DNA from: Bdellovibrionota bacterium
Lineage (GTDB): Bacteria > Bdellovibrionota > UBA1018 > UBA923
Reading direction: 5' to 3'
Assembly: GCA_040754655.1 (NCBI GenBank)
Contig: JBFMCE010000028.1
Span: 1-41,336, forward strand
Length of the DNA stretch: 41,336 nucleotides
In this document: positions 1 to 8,467 of the stretch, in pieces
Position numbering within the stretch: position 1 is the first letter of the stretch
How the letters are laid out: the number at the start of each line of letters is the position of its first letter
Notes under the pieces: generated by a model
What the model was told of the DNA's origin: nothing
The model's input: only the letters and a program-made list of their open reading frames with translations
Databases searched by the model: none
Program-made: the position numbers and the translations under genes

Positions 1-282
1 GCCATAGTTCGTCAGACACAAGAGGCTTTGCCATGGGCGAGCAATAACATGGAAAATTGGCAAAAAAGCCGTTACACGTTGACCGGCGAAATCGAAAAAC
101 CAGTCAATTTTGCAACGCGCTCTAAATTCGCGCAATCCTGATTCATTTTGAATGAAGAGCGATCCAGCAAGCCGCATTGAGGCATTAAAAGCTTAATGAT
201 TTCACAACAATCTCGTGCGTTCTATTTGATCCGAAATTGCTAAACTGAATTCCTTCGTGATAAGTTCTGGATCACTTTTATC

Positions 283-3200
283 GTGGGGGAATCCATAGTT
301 TTGTCAGCAAGTTCGAATTCAAAATCAATAACCGAAATGAAGGGTCATGGCCATTTGCCGGATGGTGAAAGGGATCACTTCGTTCAGTTTTTTGAGAGTG
401 ACGAATATCTTGCGAACTCAGTCGCGCGTTTTGTCGAAACGGGGCTTGCCGATGATGCTGGCGCTGTCGTGATTGCGACCAGCGACCATCTTGAGGCGAT
501 TGAAGCGACTCTTTCGAGGCGTGGTATAGATACCGAGCGAGTAAAGCAAAGTGGACAACTTACGCTTTTAGATGCCGCGACAACACTCGCCTCGTTCATG
601 ACTGGAGATCGTCCTGATCCAAAAAAGTTTCGAGGAAAGATCGGCGGCTTATTCGAAAAAATCAGCTCTCAATATCCCCGGATCTACGCCTATGGCGAAA
701 TGGTGGGATTACTCTGGAACGCGGGTAACGCGGAAGCCACGATCGTCCTCGAAAACCTCTGGAACAACTTAGCGGTGACGCATTCCTTTAAGCTGTTTTG
801 CGGCTATCCACTGAAGTCATTTGGGAATGGCGAGCACGAGCGCTGGTTTTCAGAGGTGTGTGGCACCCACTCCCATGTTTTCCCGTCCGAACAATTCCTC
901 AAGATTGAAAACAAAGATGACCAACTTCGCGCCGTGGCGCTGCTGCAACAGCAGGCGCTGTCGTTACAAGCCGAACTCAAGCGTCGACAACAAGCCGAAG
1001 CAGAGCTTAGAGTGGGGCAAGAGCACCTAAACGACTTTTTTGAAAACGCAGTAGTGGGACTGCACTGGGTTGGCCCTGACGGAACTATATTGCGCGCAAA
1101 TCGCGCAGAACTCGAACTTCTTGGCTACGATGAGTCGGAATATGTCGGGCGCAATATCGCAGAATTCCACGCTGACTCAGAGACCATTCAGAATATTTTG
1201 ACTTGTTTGACCGTGGGGAAAGCGATCCAAAACTATCCCGCACGCCTAAAGTGCAAGAATGGCTCGGTCAAACACGTTCTCATCGACTCGAATGTTTATT
1301 TTCGCGACGGTGAGTTCATTCACACTCGCTGTTTCACGCGTGATGTGACCGACCAGGTGAAGGCACAAGAGGCTTACCACCAGGCCGAAGCCTTCAAGAA
1401 CCTCATCGTCGAAAGTAGTCATGACTGTATCAAGGTTTTGGACCTCGATGCTCGACTTGTTTACATGAACAAGGGTGGGCTCGAGATAACTGAAATCTGT
1501 GACTTCGACGCAATCAAAGGCGCTTGTTGGCTCGATTTTTGGGAAGGCAAAGTCAGAGAGGAAGCTGTTGATGCGTTTGGCGCAGCAAGCCTTGGTCGAA
1601 CTCAAGAGTTTACTGCCTTTGCACCGACCGCAAAGACAAAAACACCGAAATGGTGGAATATCGTCCTTTCCCCGATGCGAAACTCTCGCGGGGATGTCAC
1701 TCAAATTCTCTGCGTGTCGCGTGATATTTCAGAACAAATCAGAGCTCAAGAGGTAGAGCGCGAGCTCCTAGCTCGAAAAAAAGAAGAAGAATTCCGTCTT
1801 ATGGTTGAGAGCGTGAAGGATTATGCGATCTTCATGCTCGATCCAAACGGCAAGATTGCGACATGGAACGAAGGCGCTAAGCGGATCAACGGTTACAAAG
1901 CCGTTGAAGTGATCGGAAAACACTTTTCACTTTTCTACACGCCTGAAGACAAAAAGCGCCACCACCCCGAAGAAGAGCTTAAGATTGCCGCTCTTGATGG
2001 AAAGTACGAGGAAGAAGGCTGGAGAGTCAGGAAGGATGGCTCGCTCTTTTGGGCGAGCGTCGTCATCACTGCGCTATGGGATTCCCAAGGCACGCTAAGA
2101 GGTTTTGGCAAGGTTACAAGAGACCTTACTGAGCGCAAGCAAGTTGAAGAGCTTCGTCTTAAGCAACAAGCCGAAGCTCTCATGCAGGCAAAGACCAAAG
2201 AAAACGAAGAGCTCCTCGATCAAATTTTCTCGCACGCGCCTTTTTTCATGACTTTCCTGAGCGTGCCTGACTATCGATATCTGCGCTCCAATGAGCAGCA
2301 CTTTAAGCTCATCGGTAAGCGTGACGTCATTGGAAAGACCGTTCAAGAAGCCGAGCCAGAGATCGTTGCGCGAGGTTTTACGAGAATCTTGGACGATGTG
2401 GTTAAGACTGGGGTGCCTTACTTCGGTAAGGAAGTTCCTGTCAGCTATTACGATAATGGCAGGGAGCGAATCGAGTATCTCGACTTCGTCTATCAGCCCG
2501 TCAGGCGGCCAAACGGCGAGATTTACGGTATCTCGGCCCAGGGCTACGTTGTTACCGAGGTCGTGCTATCGCGAAAAGCGGTTGAAAAAGAACGGGAGAG
2601 TTTCAAAACTCTAGCGGAAGCAGTACCGCAGATGGTTTGGTCGACAAGCCCTGAAGGAAAGATCCTCTATTACAACAAGCGTTGGGAGGATTATACGGGG
2701 CATACCCTAGAGCAGTCGCGGGATCACGGGATGCTCAAGGAACTGCATCCCGATGACATAGCGGTTGTTCTTGATGGCTGGCGAAAAGCTCGCGAATCCG
2801 GGCAATCTTTCTCTCTTGAGTATCGTCTGCGCGGAAAAGATGGAGTTTATCGTTGGTTCTTGGGCCAGGCGCTTCCGCTTCGGGATTCTTCCGGAAAGAT
2901 CATCCAGTGGTTTGGAACCACAACCAATATTGATGAGCGTAAACGTACCAGCGAAAGAAATCGACTTCTGGCTGATGCGTCGGCTGCCTTTTCTGAATCG
3001 CTTGATTATGAAAAGACACTTCAGTCGCTTGCTACCCTCGTTGTTGAGCGTCTTGCGGACTGGTGTTCGATTGTTCTCGTTGAGCCTGGCAAGGAACCGC
3101 GCGATGCTGCTGTCGCTCATCCCGATCCATTGCGGCTTAAATTAGCGCAAGAATTATTTAGGGATTATCAGAGAGACTGGAATAGTCTCCATGGGCTTCC

Positions 3201-4239
3201 CAACGTGGTGCGAACCGGAAAATCCGAGCTCTATCCGGAGATCACCGATGAGGTGCTTCAGAAATCGGCCCAAGACGAGCGCCATCTTCAGCTTCTCCGC
3301 GAGCTTCAGATGCGTTCCGCTATGATCGTCCCACTTCTTTCTCGCGGCAAAGTGCTCGGAGGCATTACCTTCATTGCGGCGGAGTCTGGGCGCCGATATA
3401 CTGAAGACGATCTTGCTCTAGCCGAAGAGCTTGGTCGTCGAGCAGGAGTTGCCGTGGACAATGGCCTCTTGTATGCCGCGGCGACGAAGGCGATTCAAGC
3501 TCGCGATGATTTCATGTCCGTTGCTTCTCATGAACTGAAAACGCCACTCACGTCGCTTAAGCTGCAAACCCAGATTCGGCAGCGAGAAATTTCCAAGGGT
3601 AACCTCAGGCGCTTTACTCCCGAGAAATTACCCCTGTTGGTTTCGGAAGATGACAAGCAGATCAGCAGACTCATACGCCTGGTGGATGACATGCTTGACG
3701 TCTCACGAATTCAGACTGGCAAGCTCTCACTATCGGCTGAAGAATTCGACCTTTGCGACATGATTCAAGATGTTCTCACGCGACTCTCACCGCAACTCGA
3801 GGCCAAGGGCTGCCAGGTCACTTTCGAGGCTAAATGCGTGGCTGTTGGCCACTGGGACCGTTATCGTATTGAACAAGTCTTCATTAACCTGCTGACAAAC
3901 GCACTGAAGTACGGCGTCGGTAAACCAATATCTGTTAACGTATCTGCCGGTGGCGGAGTGGCGCATTTTTCGGTGTCAGATCATGGGATAGGCATTGCGG
4001 AGGACGATCAAGCTCGAATATTTGGTCGATTCGAGCGGGCCGTATCAGTAAATTCGATTAGCGGCCTAGGTGTTGGTCTCTATATCTCCAAACGAATTGT
4101 TGAGGCTCATGGCGGAAGAATTTACGTTCAGAGCGAGCTTGGCAAGGGCTCTATATTCACCGTAGAGCTGCCTACCGATGCTTCATCTCATTTACGCGAG
4201 TCGGTAATGCACGAGCTTGGAAATGTGGTTCAAGGATAG
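283..4239 (+). CDS. Cytoplasmic multi-sensor histidine kinase (MEDS, about 5 PAS/PAC, GAF, HisKA, HATPase_c); true start may be ATG 337
   Basis: MEDS motifs HFVQFF, AYGEMV, LFCGY; repeated PAS/PAC segments; GAF (ADWCSI...MIVPL); H-box VASHELKTPL; NLLTNALKY, DHGIGI, GLGVGL. Confidence 0.9.
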   Translation: MGESIVLSASSNSKSITEMKGHGHLPDGERDHFVQFFESDEYLANSVARFVETGLADDAGAVVIATSDHLEAIEATLSRRGIDTERVKQSGQLTLLDAATTLASFMTGDRPDPKKFRGKIGGLFEKISSQYPRIYAYGEMVGLLWNAGNAEATIVLENLWNNLAVTHSFKLFCGYPLKSFGNGEHERWFSEVCGTHSHVFPSEQFLKIENKDDQLRAVALLQQQALSLQAELKRRQQAEAELRVGQEHLNDFFENAVVGLHWVGPDGTILRANRAELELLGYDESEYVGRNIAEFHADSETIQNILTCLTVGKAIQNYPARLKCKNGSVKHVLIDSNVYFRDGEFIHTRCFTRDVTDQVKAQEAYHQAEAFKNLIVESSHDCIKVLDLDARLVYMNKGGLEITEICDFDAIKGACWLDFWEGKVREEAVDAFGAASLGRTQEFTAFAPTAKTKTPKWWNIVLSPMRNSRGDVTQILCVSRDISEQIRAQEVERELLARKKEEEFRLMVESVKDYAIFMLDPNGKIATWNEGAKRINGYKAVEVIGKHFSLFYTPEDKKRHHPEEELKIAALDGKYEEEGWRVRKDGSLFWASVVITALWDSQGTLRGFGKVTRDLTERKQVEELRLKQQAEALMQAKTKENEELLDQIFSHAPFFMTFLSVPDYRYLRSNEQHFKLIGKRDVIGKTVQEAEPEIVARGFTRILDDVVKTGVPYFGKEVPVSYYDNGRERIEYLDFVYQPVRRPNGEIYGISAQGYVVTEVVLSRKAVEKERESFKTLAEAVPQMVWSTSPEGKILYYNKRWEDYTGHTLEQSRDHGMLKELHPDDIAVVLDGWRKARESGQSFSLEYRLRGKDGVYRWFLGQALPLRDSSGKIIQWFGTTTNIDERKRTSERNRLLADASAAFSESLDYEKTLQSLATLVVERLADWCSIVLVEPGKEPRDAAVAHPDPLRLKLAQELFRDYQRDWNSLHGLPNVVRTGKSELYPEITDEVLQKSAQDERHLQLLRELQMRSAMIVPLLSRGKVLGGITFIAAESGRRYTEDDLALAEELGRRAGVAVDNGLLYAAATKAIQARDDFMSVASHELKTPLTSLKLQTQIRQREISKGNLRRFTPEKLPLLVSEDDKQISRLIRLVDDMLDVSRIQTGKLSLSAEEFDLCDMIQDVLTRLSPQLEAKGCQVTFEAKCVAVGHWDRYRIEQVFINLLTNALKYGVGKPISVNVSAGGGVAHFSVSDHGIGIAEDDQARIFGRFERAVSVNSISGLGVGLYISKRIVEAHGGRIYVQSELGKGSIFTVELPTDASSHLRESVMHELGNVVQG

Positions 4240-4241
4240 TC

Positions 4242-4613
4242 ATGAGCAAGCGCATTTTTGTCGTTGAGGATGACGAAGACATCGCTAGAAATATCGTCGA
4301 TCTTTTGGAGGCAGAGGGATACACCGTCGAACACGCTTGTGACGGCAAGGTGGCACTTGAAAAACTGCGTGCCTGTCGGAATCTTCCCGATCTCATCTTG
4401 CTTGATCTCATGATGCCTACAATGGACGGCTTTCGGTTCCGTCAGGAGCAAGAAAGCGATCCTCGTTTTGGAGCCATTCCGGTCGTTGTCATGACGGCTG
4501 ATGGGCACATCGAAGCGAAGAAGCAGAAAATCGGCGCCAAAGCATTTGTCAGAAAGCCCATCGATATTGATACCATTCTTGGCGTAGTCGAACGATTCGT
4601 AGCAGTCAATTAG
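4242..4613 (+). CDS. Single-domain response regulator (CheY-like receiver)
   Basis: VVEDD, LLDLMMP, VMTA, KP motifs; starts 2 nt after the kinase stop. Confidence 0.92.
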   Translation: MSKRIFVVEDDEDIARNIVDLLEAEGYTVEHACDGKVALEKLRACRNLPDLILLDLMMPTMDGFRFRQEQESDPRFGAIPVVVMTADGHIEAKKQKIGAKAFVRKPIDIDTILGVVERFVAVN

Positions 4614-5164
4614 GATCAGTTTGAAGAAGCTTGTGTTTACCTTTTGGCATGACCCGCTCCTTTACTTTTGTAGTTCGCGGGAAAGAACCGGTGCCGTGGC
4701 CAGCCCTTTAGAGCTTAGGCAGCTTCCCGGCGAGCATATGATTGAAGCGTGGCCGATAGTAATGGCAATTAAGATAACGGCCAACAGGCCGACCCCGAGG
4801 TCTTTGATTTCGATGGGACGCGTAACAATTCCTTTCTTTGGAAGTTAAGCGTCCTTTGAAAGTTGATACTGGGTTGCCTCAGCTCCCGAAGTCCCAGCGT
4901 GTGGGTTCCTTTGTCTTTTTTCCGTATGTTCTACCTACACTGTTATTCCAGGGGTCCATATTCAAAGCGCGAGGGTTGCGCGAATTCGAATAAATGTCTG
5001 GTCCGAAAAATTCATTCATTCGTCCAAAAATATCTGCCGCTGTTTCGTTATGCTCCTGAGTGAGAACGCCACTGACGTAAGCGTGTCGAAAGGCAGCTTT
5101 AATTTGCGTTGAATCCCTATCTCAAGCAACCTGTTTTGAAAGACCAACAGATGCTCTATCGTCT

Positions 5165-5817
5165 GTGGTGCACATTCGAGTTGGCGACTATGAAATACCA
5201 CAACCCAACTTCATACTTCTAAAAACTGTTTTGGAGGCTGGCCCTAATAGTTGGGTGCCAACGGGCAATAAGCCTCAAGGAGATACTTGGATCTTACGGG
5301 GGACTAGTGGTGGAGTCGATGAGGTTTTAGAATTGTTCACTGGAAAGGCCTCTCCGAATCCACGGCATTTTTTCAGGGTAAAGACTTCGAAGTCATCAAA
5401 CGAGGGCTGTATGTTGGCGAGTATACGAACCTGCTGGGCATGCGTGGAAGGGCCAATGAAGTTGATCTTGGCGGAGGCAAAGGCGAAATATTGAGCGCGT
5501 ACTCACTCGCAAATATGACTGAAATTACATTGCTGCCACCTTGGCGACTTGGGGAGTTAGTGGAATGGTCGATCAACGTGCTGCGATTAAGGGATCAGTA
5601 TGAAGAAGCTGCGGGTAGTAAAATTTCTCAAGAAACAAGGGGTGCAAAGTTTCTGCAAAAGCTTTCTGTGATGGCCCAAAAGTATGAACTCAAGAGCAAG
5701 TGGAGCGGTTTAAAATTTTCAGAAGATCAACGGGAGCTGTTCCGGTCCGAACTCCAGGAATTGTTGGCCGAGTTCGGTAGCCCTACTGCGGCGATAGCCA
5801 CGAAACCTCAAAAGTGA
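5165..5817 (+). pseudogene. Probably one disrupted hypothetical gene, seen as overlapping ORFs 5165-5494 and 5440-5817
   Basis: The frame of the second ORF stays open upstream to about 5323 (GFRIVHWKGLSESTAFF...) with no ATG and overlaps the first ORF; no family recognised. Confidence 0.35.
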
Positions 5818-5827
5818 TAGTTATACA

Positions 5828-6196
5828 TTGATGAACAACCGCACTTCTATTCCTCCGCAACTAACTCTCATGGGGAGCAAAACCTTGCTAAGGACCTACC
5901 TTCCGGAAGATTATGCCGGGTTGGGCGATGTCTTGAATGACCAGCAAACAATGGAGGCGTTGCGGCCTTACTTTCAGCAAACCCACTGGACGCCCGAATT
6001 GGTGAAGCAACGCTACGGGAAGTTTATTTCGGAGCAGTATTCAGGCAGAGGTCTAGGTTTTACCGTGATCACTCGCAGTGACAATAGAGTGGTTGGCGAC
6101 TGTGGGTTCAAGAATATCTCGTTGCCAGAAAAGCAAGCCGAGTTTGGGCTGATCTTACATGCATCTGTTTGGGGAACAGGCGTTGCGAAAAAATGA
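5828..6196 (+). pseudogene. GNAT acetyltransferase (RimJ/RimL type), C-terminally truncated
   Basis: LLRTY...VVGDCG...AEFGLILHASVWGTGVA, then a stop right after the acetyl-CoA motif; the rest of the fold is missing. Confidence 0.65.
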
Positions 6197-6292
6197 AGGT
6201 CCGAGAGTGTTTGAAGTCGCGAAAATACGGATAGAAAATAGTACATGGCAATAAGGCGTAGAAAGCGGCCACGACTCGGAATCGAAAGCCGC

Positions 6293-6922
6293 CTACTTCC
6301 GAATGCAGAAACGGCAGACGGCTCCGCCCTTAGCGATGCAGCTCTCAAGCTTTGTGCTCAATCCCGTGGCCTTCTCAATGAATTTCACGTCGAATCCGCA
6401 AAGCTCAGGATGTCGTTTCGCCACGGAATGATAAACGCAGTTCGTTGCTTCAATCACGGCGCCTTTCCTGAGATCGCTTTGTTTCAAAACGGCCCTGTAT
6501 CCAAGTTCATTTAACGTCGTTGTTACCTCGGCGAGCAATTCAGAGGTTGACCTTGCGTTCTTGAACCGTGTTTCCATTGAACCGGCGACGCTGCCGGCAA
6601 GTTTTTTCATGATCTGCGAAACCCCCTCGCTGCCCATGTCTTTTGCGAGCAACTCTAAGAGCACATTCGAGAGCCATGAGTACTGCCTTGGAAACGCTTC
6701 TTGTCCTTCAGCAGAGAGAAGGTAGCGCCGTTTTGGCCGGCCGATTCCGCCGCGGGTGTCGATAAAACTGATGTAGCCGAGTCCTTCGATCTTGATGAGG
6801 TGCTCTTTCGCGGCGGTTTTTGTGACTCGAAGGTGCTGAGCAAGTTCTTCGAGAGTCGCGCCGTCCGCCCGCCCTAAAAGAAAATCTAAAATGCGTCTTT
6901 GGTTTTCGTGCAAGGATTTCAT
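6293..6922 (-). CDS. HTH transcriptional regulator with Cys-rich C-terminus (SufR/COG2345-like)
   Basis: Winged HTH (TLEELAQHL...KEHL...GRPKRRY), FPRQY, C-terminal NCVY...ELC...SCIAKGGAVCRF. Confidence 0.85.
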   Translation of the reverse strand: MKSLHENQRRILDFLLGRADGATLEELAQHLRVTKTAAKEHLIKIEGLGYISFIDTRGGIGRPKRRYLLSAEGQEAFPRQYSWLSNVLLELLAKDMGSEGVSQIMKKLAGSVAGSMETRFKNARSTSELLAEVTTTLNELGYRAVLKQSDLRKGAVIEATNCVYHSVAKRHPELCGFDVKFIEKATGLSTKLESCIAKGGAVCRFCIRK

Positions 6923-6937
6923 GCTGTTCTCGTTGCC

Positions 6938-6978
6938 TTAATTTAAACAATTTAAACAGTATTTACCATTTAAATTAA
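6938..6978. promoter_or_regulatory. Candidate operator between divergent genes
   Basis: Perfect 10-bp inverted repeat TTAATTTAAA-N21-TTTAAATTAA, plus tandem ATTTAAACA x2. Confidence 0.55.
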
Positions 6979-7034
6979 CAAGAGGAAAATGGACTCAATC
7001 AAGAACCCGGAACCCAACAACAGGAGGAAACTAT

Positions 7035-7568
7035 ATGGAAACGGCAGCAAAGTCACAGGTAAGGCTTGAAAGCGACGCAAGCACCGACGAAAGGCCCATT
7101 TTTTCGGGCGTCATGACGGGGCAAATCGCCGGGCTCATCATGGCCGTAGTCGTGATGATTGTTTTTGCCCTTTTTCTTGGCAAAAGTCCGCTTTATCCAG
7201 TGCAGGTGATCGGATCGGCTTTGCTTGGCGAGTCGGCGCTGCAGGGATTGAACTTGGCCGCCATTCTTGCTGGCCTGGTGCTTCACCAACTCGGGCCTTC
7301 GCTGCTTTGGGGGTTTGTGTTTGGGAGCATCGCTTCAAAATTCGAGATTCGCACCACAGCGCGCGCGCTTCAGTTTGGACTCGCTCTCGGCGTCGTATCG
7401 ATGACCGGTCCGTACGTTCTTATTCCCGCAGTCATGAATATGCTCCATGGCGTGGATTTTTGGAACCGCGAGGTTCCCATGTTTTGGGACTGGGCCGCTC
7501 ACATCGTGTTTGGGCTTTCCTTTGCCCTCTATCCACGAGTTCAGGCGAAGCTTTCTTTGCGGCGCTGA
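7035..7568 (+). CDS. Integral membrane protein, about 4 TM helices
   Basis: Strong RBS AGGAGG; hydrophobic segments with His residues (LHQL, AAHIVFG). Confidence 0.8.
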   Translation: METAAKSQVRLESDASTDERPIFSGVMTGQIAGLIMAVVVMIVFALFLGKSPLYPVQVIGSALLGESALQGLNLAAILAGLVLHQLGPSLLWGFVFGSIASKFEIRTTARALQFGLALGVVSMTGPYVLIPAVMNMLHGVDFWNREVPMFWDWAAHIVFGLSFALYPRVQAKLSLRR

Positions 7569-7666
7569 AAAAGCCTTGAGAGAAGAGAGTAAGGCGTTTC
7601 GATAATGTCAATAAGTTCACATTGCCTTAACTAGGCGCTGGTTTAGCGACGTATTATAAATGGTTC

Positions 7667-7870
7667 ATGACCGATCAGGATGAAGCGGATAAAAAGAGAG
7701 AGACCCAAGAGCGGGCTAAAGAGCGAAAGAGGCTTAAAGAAAAAATCAAGGAGCACGTGGAACGGGTTCGTGTGCTTGATGAAGACAAGAAACGAGAAAA
7801 GCCTTTGAAGAGGAGGTCGATTTCGGTTGCCCGCCCTTCTGCGCGAGCCAACGAGTTGGGTTCTAGATAA
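7667..7870 (+). CDS. Small highly charged hypothetical protein
   Basis: ATG ORF filling an intergenic gap; K/E/R-rich helical sequence. Confidence 0.4.
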   Translation: MTDQDEADKKRETQERAKERKRLKEKIKEHVERVRVLDEDKKREKPLKRRSISVARPSARANELGSR

Positions 7871-7976
7871 ACTTAACGTGTTGTTACGTCAGGGCCGGGT
7901 GCCCGAAATACGCTAGTGCTAAGACGTGTATCGTCTTGCACCAAGGCCGGAAGTTCGTTACTGTAGGATAGATTTT

Positions 7977-8399
7977 ATGACGCCATTCTCAATCTCATCC
8001 GAATTGCAAAGGCCTGAAGACCGCGGTGAAGGTTTAAAACATAAAAGCATTCTTGTTGTCGAAGATGACCACGACACTCGAGTGGCGCTACGTGAAGTTT
8101 TAGAGAACGAGGATTACATTGTTGTCACCGCGACTAATGGGCGAATGGCGCTAGAGATCCTAAAGAACTTCAGGCCGTCTCTTATTCTCTTGGATATAAT
8201 GATGCCGATCATGGATGGATTTGATTTCCTGGCCTGGGTCGGGAAAAACGCTTCCCTGAGGTCAATCCCAGTGGTCACGGTATCAGCCCATGTGCTTGCC
8301 GCCAAATTGCCTGAGGGCGTTGTATTTATCAAAAAACCCCTTGAAATCGACACCGTACTAAAAACGGTGAGCGGGCTCTTATCCTACCGAACAGCCTGA
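7977..8399 (+). CDS. Single-domain response regulator
   Basis: ILVVEDD, LLDIMMP, VSA, KKP; ATG 7977 preferred over GTG 7926. Confidence 0.88.
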   Translation: MTPFSISSELQRPEDRGEGLKHKSILVVEDDHDTRVALREVLENEDYIVVTATNGRMALEILKNFRPSLILLDIMMPIMDGFDFLAWVGKNASLRSIPVVTVSAHVLAAKLPEGVVFIKKPLEIDTVLKTVSGLLSYRTA

Positions 8400-8467
8400 A
8401 GCCCAAGAAAACTGTATCAGTTGAGTTTTATGCGATTGTCGTCGCGCGAAGCGCGGCAAGGCTTGGT

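Noticed and set aside
142..198. Short dyads TTCATT-N3-AATGAA and CATTAA-N4-TTAATG upstream of the first kinase
   Set aside because: 6-bp arms in AT-rich DNA are expected by chance
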